From: Nitrospirota bacterium
Lineage (GTDB): Bacteria; Nitrospirota; Thermodesulfovibrionia; Thermodesulfovibrionales; JdFR-85
Length of the DNA: 64,000 nucleotides
Assembly (NCBI GenBank): GCA_015484595.1
Contig: WFMM01000008.1
Span: 288 to 64,287, forward strand
Direction of reading: 5' to 3'
A model generated the notes under the pieces. That model did no database searches. It was not told where the DNA came from and was given only the letters and a program-made list of their open reading frames with translations. Positions 29,891 through 37,983 of this stretch are shown here, one piece after another. Numbering within the stretch: position 1 is the stretch's first letter; the number at the start of each line of letters is the position of its first letter. The translations under genes were made by a program, and so were the position numbers.

Positions 29891-31245
29891 TGATGGATAA
29901 AAAGTCAGTTCTCATAATTGAAGATGAAAGGATAATGCGCATAACCATCGAGGATGCCCTTAAGGCTAAGGGTTATGAGGTAAAATCCTTTGAAAGGGCA
30001 TCGGATGGGCTGAAGGCATACAGCGAAGAGCCATTTGATATCGTGCTTACCGATGTAAGACTGCCTGACATAAACGGTATGGAGGTGCTAAGGAGGATTA
30101 AGGAGATAGATGATTCCTCTATGGTTATCATAATGACCGCCTTTGGCACCATAAAGGATGCGGTTGAGGCAATGAAGATGGGGGCCTTTGACTACATAAC
30201 CAAGCCATTCAGCCTTGATGAACTCTCATTGATTATCAGCAGAGCGGCAGAGGTAAAAAAGATGCAGGATGAAAACCTGAGACTTAAAAAGGCCATCTCC
30301 CGTTGCTATTGTTACCCAAACATTATTGGCGAAAGCGATGCAATGAAGAATGTATTCAGGATGATAGAGAGGCTTTCGCAATCGGACTCAACGGTTTTAA
30401 TACTTGGTGAAAGCGGAACTGGAAAGGAGCTGATAGCATCCACGATACATTATCAGGGAAAGAGGAAGGATGCACCCTTTGTGATTGTAAACTGCGGGGC
30501 ATTGCCAGAAAACCTTATCGAAAGCGAGCTCTTTGGTTACGAAAAGGGGGCCTTTACAGGTGCCACCCGCCGAAAACCCGGCCGTTTTGAGCTTGCAGAC
30601 GGCGGAACCATCTTTCTTGACGAGGTCGGGGAATTGCCCCCATCAGTGCAGGTCAAGCTCTTGAGGGTGCTTCAGGATGGAACCTTTGAACGACTTGGTG
30701 GAACAGAGACCATAAAGGTGGATGTAAGGGTAATTGCTGCAACCAATCGAGACCTTGAAAGGGAGGTAAGGGAGGGAAACTTCAGAGAAGACCTCTACTA
30801 CCGTCTTGCCGTAATACCCCTGACACTTCCACCACTCAGGGAAAGACGAGAGGACATCCCTCTTTTGATTGAGCACTTTCTTCAGCGTTGTAACAGCCGC
30901 CTTGGTAAACAGATTGTCTTTTCAAAGGATGCAGTGGAGGCACTCATGGAGTATCCTTTCCCTGGAAATGTCAGAGAGCTTGAAAACATCGTTGAGCGTA
31001 TGGTGACCCTCTGTGAATCAGACAGGGTAAAACGGGAAGACCTCCCTCAGCATGTGCTTAAAAAGGGACAGAAAAAAGACACTCCTGCCCAGCCACTTAC
31101 AAAGGTGGCTCAGGAAGCTGAAAAACAATACATTATCAGGGTTCTTAAACAGACAGGTGGTAACCGAAGCCGTGCTGCCTCAGTGCTTGGCATTAGCCGC
31201 AAAACCCTCTGGGAAAAGATGAGACAGTACGGCATAAATAACTGA
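29887..31245 (+). CDS. Sigma-54-dependent response regulator (NtrC/Fis family)
   Basis: 452 aa. Receiver domain, AAA+ domain with GESGTGKE and GAFTGA, C-terminal Fis HTH. Confidence 0.92.
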   Translation: MMMDKKSVLIIEDERIMRITIEDALKAKGYEVKSFERASDGLKAYSEEPFDIVLTDVRLPDINGMEVLRRIKEIDDSSMVIIMTAFGTIKDAVEAMKMGAFDYITKPFSLDELSLIISRAAEVKKMQDENLRLKKAISRCYCYPNIIGESDAMKNVFRMIERLSQSDSTVLILGESGTGKELIASTIHYQGKRKDAPFVIVNCGALPENLIESELFGYEKGAFTGATRRKPGRFELADGGTIFLDEVGELPPSVQVKLLRVLQDGTFERLGGTETIKVDVRVIAATNRDLEREVREGNFREDLYYRLAVIPLTLPPLRERREDIPLLIEHFLQRCNSRLGKQIVFSKDAVEALMEYPFPGNVRELENIVERMVTLCESDRVKREDLPQHVLKKGQKKDTPAQPLTKVAQEAEKQYIIRVLKQTGGNRSRAASVLGISRKTLWEKMRQYGINN

Positions 31246-31329
31246 ATGAAGAAACCTGCGGCCTTACTGTCATTAAAGGCTCCTCAGACTCTCATACCAC
31301 CACATCTCCGAGGCAGTTAAGTACAGGAT

Positions 31330-31448
31330 GATGGACATGGGATGTTATAGGGATATCATAAGTGGTTTAGGCACATGGCGGGAAGGTGGAGGTTAACAGT
31401 GTCCCTGGTGAGGGAAGTGTATTTACTGTTTATCTGCCGGGCGGGTAA
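31330..31448 (+). pseudogene. Remnant of a histidine kinase C-terminus (HATPase tail)
   Basis: GCA 31371 to TAA 31448 reads AHGGKVEVNSVPGEGSVFTVYLPGG-stop, a typical kinase C-terminus. Upstream, DMGCYRDIISGLG resembles the G2 box but sits in another frame with stops. Confidence 0.65.
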
Positions 31449-31511
31449 TCGCCTGATTTTTTATCCTGAAAGTTAGATTTGATATATGAATGATATATTT
31501 TCTGGAGGCAA

Positions 31512-31821
31512 ATGATGGAAACGCAGATGCTTATTCGTCTGAATAAAGAGACAAAATACCGGCTTAGCAGACTGGCAAGGGAAGCGGGTAAAAAGGATTA
31601 TAGACCTGTGGAAGGAAGGCACTGTAACACTCTGTATTTCCAGAGGCATACTTGATGAATATATTGATGTCCTAAGCAGGTTGGGTATGGAGGGTGAGGA
31701 GGAATTAGAGGTGATTATAACAGGGGACAGACACCTTTTATCTGTAGAGAGTTTCGGCGGAGTAGATATATTGACTCCAAGGCAGTTTCTTGAAAGGATA
31801 CGAGACCTCTTAGATGGCTGA
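31512..31821 (+). pseudogene. Decayed toxin-antitoxin locus: RHH-like antitoxin start joined out of frame to the C-terminal half of a PIN-family toxin
   Basis: Frame 1: MMETQMLIRLNKETKYRLSRLAREAGK, then nonsense and a stop at 31649. Another frame: RIIDLWKEGTVTLCISRGILDEYIDVLSRL...VIITGDRHLLSVESFGGVDILTPRQFLERI-stop, which is the tail of a TIGR00305-type PIN protein. The N-terminal PIN acidic residues are missing. Confidence 0.6.
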
Positions 31822-33202
31822 GAGGATACTTCATACCGTAACACTCCTTGGTCACTGGGGATACCTGATAATCTTCCTTGCGGCCTTCCTTGAGAGTTCT
31901 GCCTTCATGGGACTTCTGGTGCCGGGTGAGTCGGTGGTGGTGCTTTCGGGTTTTCTTGCCTCAAAGGCCGTCCTTGACATCGGCGACTGTATATGGATTA
32001 TCGCCCTTGGTGCCGTGCTTGGCGACTCGGTGGGCTACAGCCTTGGCAAGGCCCTCGGAAGGGGATATTTCCAGAGGCACAGCCGTCTCCTTCTTCTTAA
32101 AGAAAAGCACATCCACAGGGTAGAAGAATACTTTGAGCACCACGGTGGAAAGACCATATTCTTTGGCCGGTTTATCGGTCTTTTAAGGGCAATGGCTCCC
32201 TTTGTGGCAGGTATGTCTCGGATGCCCTATGGTAGGTTTTTTATTTACAATGCCTCTGGTGGCATCCTCTGGGCAGTGGCATTTACACTTCTTGGGTATT
32301 TCTTTGGCCAGAGCTGGCAGTTGATTGAGAGGTGGGCTGGAAGGGCAGGTGTATTTGCAGTCTTTGTCCTTCTGGTGATAGGTGGGTTTGGGTATATCTA
32401 CCGTAAGGCAGCAGGAAAGAGGGAGGAGATCTACCGTTGGTTTCAGGAAAGGGCAGAGAAGGTCTCACAGAGCAGGAGACTTTCAGAGTTTGTGCAGTCT
32501 CATCCCCGTATGGTCTCATTCATAAAGGAGAGGCTTTCACCCCGCAGTTATCTTGGGCTTCACCTGACTGTAGGGCTTCTCGTGAGTGTCCTTTTTGTAT
32601 GGCTCTTTGGAGGCATCACCGAGGACATCCTCACAGGAGACCCCTTTGTGCAGGTTGACCGGTGGGTGGTCTCACAGGTCTTATACTTCAGGGCAGGCCC
32701 TGTTACAGCCTTTATGAAGGCCATAACCCACCTTGGCGGAGGGGTAACCATTGCAGGGGGAAGCCTTATACTCATCGTCCTATTTCTTCTTTTTAAGAGA
32801 TGGGACTATGCAGTGGGGCAAACAGTGGCGGTTATGGGAGGAAGCATCCTTGTGTTTGTGTTAAAGGCGGCGGTGCACAGGCCAAGGCCCATAACAGAGA
32901 CCACCCTGGTTCGGGCATGGGGATGGAGTTTCCCCAGCGGACATGCTATGATGTCAGTGATCTTCTATGGGATGCTCTCATACTATCTTGTCCGTGCCTT
33001 AAGGCAGTGGAGGTTTCAGGTCCTGACGGTTACTGCCTCGGGTTTTCTGGTATTTCTGATCGGCCTTAGCAGGATTTATCTTCAGGTTCACTACCTTAGT
33101 GATGTTATAGGGGGCTTTGCAGGCGGGATGTTCTGGCTCAGTGTCTGCATCACAGGGCTTGAGGTTTACAGAAGACGGAAAAGAAGGATTACAAACCTGT
33201 AA
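31814..33202 (+). CDS. DedA-family membrane protein fused to a PAP2 lipid phosphatase domain
   Basis: 462 aa. The N-terminal roughly 200 aa are DedA/SNARE-associated (GYLIIFLAAFLESSAFMGLLVPGE). The C-terminal PAP2 domain has all three motifs: KAAVHRPRP, PSGH, SRIYLQVHYLSD. Confidence 0.85.
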   Translation: MAERILHTVTLLGHWGYLIIFLAAFLESSAFMGLLVPGESVVVLSGFLASKAVLDIGDCIWIIALGAVLGDSVGYSLGKALGRGYFQRHSRLLLLKEKHIHRVEEYFEHHGGKTIFFGRFIGLLRAMAPFVAGMSRMPYGRFFIYNASGGILWAVAFTLLGYFFGQSWQLIERWAGRAGVFAVFVLLVIGGFGYIYRKAAGKREEIYRWFQERAEKVSQSRRLSEFVQSHPRMVSFIKERLSPRSYLGLHLTVGLLVSVLFVWLFGGITEDILTGDPFVQVDRWVVSQVLYFRAGPVTAFMKAITHLGGGVTIAGGSLILIVLFLLFKRWDYAVGQTVAVMGGSILVFVLKAAVHRPRPITETTLVRAWGWSFPSGHAMMSVIFYGMLSYYLVRALRQWRFQVLTVTASGFLVFLIGLSRIYLQVHYLSDVIGGFAGGMFWLSVCITGLEVYRRRKRRITNL

Positions 33203-33250
33203 TCTTCAGGTAATCCTCCGATAATCTTTCCTTCCTATAATAGGCATACC

Positions 33251-34639
33251 ATGTTCAGTTACAGAGTGTCATTACTCCTGATATGCCTTGTGGCGGTCTC
33301 CCTCCTTCAGAGCTGTGCCACCTATCAGGCAAAGACACTAAGAAGGGCCGATATTGAGGCATCACTCAGGCCGCCTGATAACCAGACCATCCTGGTTAAG
33401 GCCGAAAGGATAAGGCATCCCATTTTAAGGCCCATCAGGATTGACCTCAAAGACGGGCTTGGCCCTGATGAGGCAGCAGTGGTGGCGGTCATTGTAAACC
33501 CTGCACTCAGGGCAGAGAGAGACAGGGCCGGTATTGCCCGTGCACAACTCATTCAGGCAGGTCTTCTGCCCAACCCTCAACTTTCCCTCAGCATGGATAT
33601 CCCATCTGGTGGTGATACAACGGACACGGTTACAGGATACGGCCTCGGGCTCGGCATTGACCTGAGGTCCCTTATCACAAGAGGTGCAAGGCGTAAGGCG
33701 GCAGAGAAAGAACTCTCCTCTGTCAACCTTGAGGTGGCCTGGAAGGAGTGGCAGGTTGCAGAGGCAGCAAAGATGCACCTGTATCACATCTATTACCTGA
33801 ACCGCCTTCGTGACCTTGCTAAAAGGGCACTAAGCCTTGCAGACGAAAACTTAAATGCCATGAAAGAGGCAGTCCTGGCAGGTGAAAGGATATCTGCTGA
33901 CCTGAGCGATATGGAGGTAAGGGTAAAAGATGCCGTGACCACCCTTACTGACATAGAGATGAAGACGAAAAAGGAAACCCTGCTTCTTAAAAGAGCCATG
34001 GGATTTCCACCTGATAGGGTTATTCCTCTACAGAAGAAGATTAAAAACCCCTTCCTCTGCAGAACTCCCGAACCGGAAGAACTTCTTAACTCCCTCTATA
34101 GCAGACCTGATATCCTTGCACTCAGGGAGGCTTACAGTGCAGAGGATGCCAGACTGAGGGAGGCCATCCTCTCACGGTTTCCTGACATAGGCATTGGGAT
34201 TGGTTATTCACGGGGAACAGACGGCCTTATCACCATCGGGCTATCTATCAGCATAGAACTGCCCCTTTTTGACCATGCCCAGGGTAGGGTCGCCCTGAGA
34301 AAGGCCACCATGAAGGAGGTCTTTGACAGGTATGTAGCAAGGGTATTTGAGGCACGCTCGGAGGTGATGGAACTTATCTCTGATATGGGTTTTATAAAGA
34401 GAAAACTCCATACCCTACGGAACCTGATTAATTACCTGAAAGGCCAGTGCCAGACATACGGGGAGTTATTGAAGGTGGGGATGACAGATAAACTCCATTA
34501 CTACGATGTCTGTAGCAGATTGATTTCTGAAGAGATAAAGGAGATAAAACTCAAAGAGTTGCTTACAGATATGGGGATTGGTATTGAGACCGCCTCTGGC
34601 AGGTATTTTCAGACAGAGGGCTGCACTTTTGATAAATAA
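33251..34639 (+). CDS. TolC-family outer membrane efflux lipoprotein
   Basis: 462 aa. Lipobox LLQSC, and the two-repeat OEP architecture typical of RND-associated outer membrane factors. Confidence 0.82.
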   Translation: MFSYRVSLLLICLVAVSLLQSCATYQAKTLRRADIEASLRPPDNQTILVKAERIRHPILRPIRIDLKDGLGPDEAAVVAVIVNPALRAERDRAGIARAQLIQAGLLPNPQLSLSMDIPSGGDTTDTVTGYGLGLGIDLRSLITRGARRKAAEKELSSVNLEVAWKEWQVAEAAKMHLYHIYYLNRLRDLAKRALSLADENLNAMKEAVLAGERISADLSDMEVRVKDAVTTLTDIEMKTKKETLLLKRAMGFPPDRVIPLQKKIKNPFLCRTPEPEELLNSLYSRPDILALREAYSAEDARLREAILSRFPDIGIGIGYSRGTDGLITIGLSISIELPLFDHAQGRVALRKATMKEVFDRYVARVFEARSEVMELISDMGFIKRKLHTLRNLINYLKGQCQTYGELLKVGMTDKLHYYDVCSRLISEEIKEIKLKELLTDMGIGIETASGRYFQTEGCTFDK

Positions 34640-34655
34640 ACACGGAGGCAAAGGC

Positions 34656-35751
34656 ATGAGAAACCCTGTAATGGCTTTCAGTATATTTATTGCCCTTCTG
34701 ATTACAATCATCGGGGGAGGATACCCCCTTTCGGCGCATGGTGAGGCTCTGGCAAGAGGGAAAGATACTCTTCAGGGATTCAGGATTAAGACATCCCGGC
34801 CCTCAAAGAGGCCATTCCGTGTCACAATCAATTTCTACGGAGGTGTTGTTAGCCAGCATAAGGTGGCACTCAGGGCACCAATTTCAGGCAGGATTATGAA
34901 GATCAGGGCCGCAGATGAGGCTGAGGTAAAAAAGGGAGACATCCTCTTTGTCATGGGTGGGCCTGAGGTTGAGAGAAAGATACAGGCCCTTAACTCGCAG
35001 GCATCCCATCTCAGGGGACTTTTATCAGAACTCAGGGGCGTGCTTAAGAGGAAGGAGAGTGCCCTTTAAGAGAAAACTCATCTCCATAGATGAACTTGAG
35101 GCAGTGAAACTTCAACTCATTAAGACAGAGAATGCCTACAACGAGAGCCTTCTTAAACTTCATCAACTTGAGGATTCCCTGAAACTCAGGGCACCACTTG
35201 AAGGTAGGTTCACGAGAAGGACAGTTTTTGAGGGCCAGGATGTGGACAGGGGCGAGGTCATTGGCTATATCGTTGATACCCGTCATCTCAGGGTGGTTGG
35301 GACGGCCTTTCCCCGGCATGAATATACAGAAATTAAAGGGAAAAAGGCGGTTATATACACCGGGGATGGTCTTTCTGTCCATGGCACTGTCAAAAATGTC
35401 CTGACTGAAAGGGCACCTTCAGGGGGTGTAAGGGTATGGATTGAGTCAGGGGATATAGACAGGGCACTCAGGGTCGGCGAGTCTGTCCGTGGCATCATAG
35501 TATTGAGGACAGACCGGAATGCCCTTTCAGTGCCTGAAAGGGCGGTGGTCTATGATGAGCATGGAAGGCCCCTTGTATTTATCAGGACAAAGGATAACCA
35601 GTATGTAAGATGGCCCATCCGTGTAGGGGTTTTATCAGGTGGGTCGGTTGAGGGCATCTCAGGCATCTCAGAGGCAGATGAGGTGGTAATAGAGGGTGCC
35701 TATGAACTCTTTTACAGGGATTTCAACCGCACCTTCAGGGTGGCAGACTGA
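34656..35751 (+). pseudogene. RND membrane fusion protein (HlyD family) interrupted by a +1 frame change at 35064-35069
   Basis: Two overlapping track ORFs (34578-35069 and 34948-35751) together make one MFP. The lipoyl half is in frame A (LRAPISGRIMKIRAADEAEVKKGDILF). The hairpin, second lipoyl half, beta-barrel and MP domain are in frame A+1 (LISIDELEAV..LRAPLEGRF..). Confidence 0.8.
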
Positions 35752-37228
35752 TGAGGACCATACTTAAAAGACTCACTGACAATCCCCTTATGATGGTATT
35801 TGCCGTGGTGGTTATCGCATTTAGCGGCATATTTGCAGCCACCCACATGCCTGTTGACCTCTTTCCCAACCTTGATATCCCTGTGGTCAATATCATCACC
35901 CACTACCCCGGGGCATCCCCTGAGGAGATGGAACTCCTGATAAGCAGGCCCGTGGAGGATGTCATGAGGGGGCTTCAGGGGGTAAAGCGTGTCTCATCCA
36001 CATCAGCACTCGGGGTCTCGGAGGTTACGGTGGAGTTTACATGGGGCACTACTGTGAGGGATGCAAGGCAGTTGGTTCAGGCAGGTCTTTCCAGGCTGAA
36101 TGGACTCCTGCCACAGGGGGTTGTCCCAAGGATGGAAAACATCGGCACCACCCTGCAGGAGGTAACAGGCTATGTGGTGGTGTTACCATCTATGGCACGG
36201 ATACTGAGCGCCTCATATCCCTTGCAGACAGGGTTGAGGGGTTAATGTCCAGAGAGCCTTCCTTATCAAACATCGTTAATAATACAAAGATAAAGGCAGG
36301 GGAGGTGGTGGTGAGGCTTAGATATCCCGACCTTGCCCGTTATGGGGTAAGCACAGAGGAGGTCTTTGATACCCTTGAGTCTGCATTTACCGGTCTTGAG
36401 GCCACGGGGATAATAAGACAGCAGGAGACGGTGGGCATTGTGGTGAAACTCAGGGGGATTGACACTCACAGGCCAGAGGATATCCGCAGGATCCCCATCA
36501 ATACAGCCACAGGGGAGGTAATACCCCTTGACAGGGTGGCCGATGTCAACCTGATACACACACCTTCAACCATCACAAGGCTCAACGGTCAGAGGGAGAT
36601 AACCCTTGTGGCAGAGGTGGAGGGCTCAATCCCCCGTGTGGTTTCAAGGTTGAGGGAGAAGTTCAGCCAGTTGAAAATCCCTGAGGGCTACTCCATTGAG
36701 TTTACAGGCCAGTTCAGGGTGCTCACAAGGACACTCTATGAACTAGTAATGGTGGTTGTGGCTGCTGTGGTTCTTATCTACCTCATAATGGCGATGCAGT
36801 TTCGCTCATTTCTCCAGCCCCTGATGATACTGACAACCATCCCACTGTCACTCGTTGGTGCGGCAGTCGGGCTTTTTATTACACATAAAGGCCCTGATGT
36901 ATCTGTTGGTATGGGCATTATCACACTTGTGGGTATTGCCGTAAACAATGCCATTATACTCGTGGATTATGCAAACAGTGAGATAAGGCGAGGAAGCCGC
37001 CCCGAGGAAGCACTCATTAAGGCATCCTCTGTGAGGCTAAGGCCCATACTGATGACAGCACTTACCACCATCTTTGCACTCATACCCATAGCCATAGGCA
37101 CAACCACTGGGTCCAATATCTTTCAGTCCTTTGCGATTACCGTAATTGGCGGGCTCCTGACCGGCACCCTCTCCACCCTCCTTGTGGTGCCTGTTTTGAT
37201 AAGTATCCTGAATAATGACAAAAACTGA
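35751..37228 (+). pseudogene. RND efflux pump (AcrB/CzcA superfamily) with a large internal deletion and a frame change
   Basis: ORF 35751-36245 gives TM1 and the first roughly 140 aa of an RND pump. ORF 36041-37228 gives the last roughly 350 aa (second periplasmic loop end and TM8-12). The total of about 490 codons compares with about 1,000-1,050 for the family. The frames differ at about 36171-36195. Confidence 0.8.
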
Positions 37229-37520
37229 AGAAACCTGCTTAACAGGGCCTCGGTATAATGCCACCTGCCGCAAGACAAGAGATGTCCGGAGGCAGAAATG
37301 AAAGTGAAGCTCCCCGGCCAAAGGTCGGGGCTTCCAATGCAAGGAAAATGAAAATTTTTATTATTATTCTTGCCTTCATCCCCGACTGTCGGGGTCCCCA
37401 AAAAGTCATAAACTTTTTGGGGTGGAGGTGTCGGGGCTTTCGGCAAGGGTCATTGTAACCGCTTTCCGTTAGTTAGAGATTTCCAGAGGACAGCCTGATT
37501 GCTCGCTGCACAATCAAACC

Positions 37521-37538
37521 TGTTACCCTTCCGTAACA
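37521..37538 (+). promoter_or_regulatory. Candidate enhancer (UAS) site 1: TGTTAC-N6-GTAACA
   Basis: Perfect 6+6 inverted repeat tgttac ccttcc gtaaca, about 210 bp upstream of the predicted sigma-54 transcription start. Confidence 0.5.
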
Positions 37539-37647
37539 ACCGATAAAATACCATCGGTTTCCTTTAATTTTTCCAGATCATCTTCCTTAACATACTGATT
37601 TTTAAGCTTATTTTGTATTTTAAAGCACTTTTTATGTCTTTAATAAA

Positions 37648-37665
37648 TGTTACTTTATCGTAACA
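37648..37665 (+). promoter_or_regulatory. Candidate enhancer (UAS) site 2: TGTTAC-N6-GTAACA
   Basis: Perfect 6+6 inverted repeat tgttac tttatc gtaaca. It is 127 bp centre-to-centre from site 1 and about 85 bp upstream of the predicted start. I found no other copy of this palindrome in the window. Confidence 0.5.
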
Positions 37666-37715
37666 GCAAGAGGTTGGGTCTTCAGAAATTCCTTTAAATT
37701 TCAATAACTTTTTCC

Positions 37716-37731
37716 TGGCACATCAATTGCT
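37716..37731 (+). promoter_or_regulatory. Sigma-54 (RpoN) -24/-12 promoter
   Basis: cTGGCACatcaaTTGCTt matches the TGGCAC-N5-TTGCW consensus exactly. It is on the plus strand, about 250 bp upstream of the Fe-S subunit start codon. Confidence 0.75.
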
Positions 37732-37778
37732 TAAATAAATTGCCAAAAGAAAACAACAGAGTAATCAATCAAATTACA

Positions 37779-37850
37779 GGGGAGTTTGAGGTGGCAGGGC
37801 TCCTCAAAGGGGCTCCGCCCCTTTGTAACCCCAATAAGGATTTTAATATA
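37779..37850. repeat. Repeat family R2, single inverted unit with linker
   Basis: ggggagtttgaggtggcagggctcctcaaaggggctccgcccctttgtaacccc aataaggattttaatat is the reverse complement of the R2 unit and linker. It lies inside the predicted 5' UTR of the Mo-enzyme operon. Confidence 0.8.
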
Positions 37851-37983
37851 AGTAAATTAATAAAAATCATTGAGTTAGAGCCTGTAGAACATGCTCTAAC
37901 AGAAAGGGAGGTGGGAGAAAGGGGGATTGAGTTATCCCTGCCAGCAGTAACATTATAATTACTTTTTAAGAAAGGAGGAGTGT

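Noticed and set aside
31246-31258. The 13-bp direct repeat tgaagaaacctgc occurs just after the activator stop (31246) and just after the RND stop (37226). It might be the target-site duplication or boundary of the 6-kb decayed block.
   Set aside because: A rough estimate, (64,000 squared / 2) divided by 4 to the power 13, gives about 30 chance 13-mer pairs in a window this size. The match alone is therefore not significant. I saw no inverted repeats or integrase to support it.
31473-31844. 123-aa minus-strand ORF across the toxin-antitoxin remnant.
   Set aside because: The plus strand carries recognisable RHH and PIN fragments. The minus-strand product is Ser/Pro-rich with no motif.
35061-35067. 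CCCTTTA as a classical -1 slippery heptamer (X XXY YYZ) in the MFP gene.
   Set aside because: In the incoming frame it is read GCC CTT TAA, the wrong phase for a -1 tandem slip. The downstream frame is +1, not -1.
37740-37958. 72-aa ORF in the 5' UTR of the Mo-enzyme operon.
   Set aside because: It spans the R2 repeat unit (GEFEVAGLLKGAPPLCNP is repeat-encoded), starts at a TTG with no upstream SD, and has no RBS.
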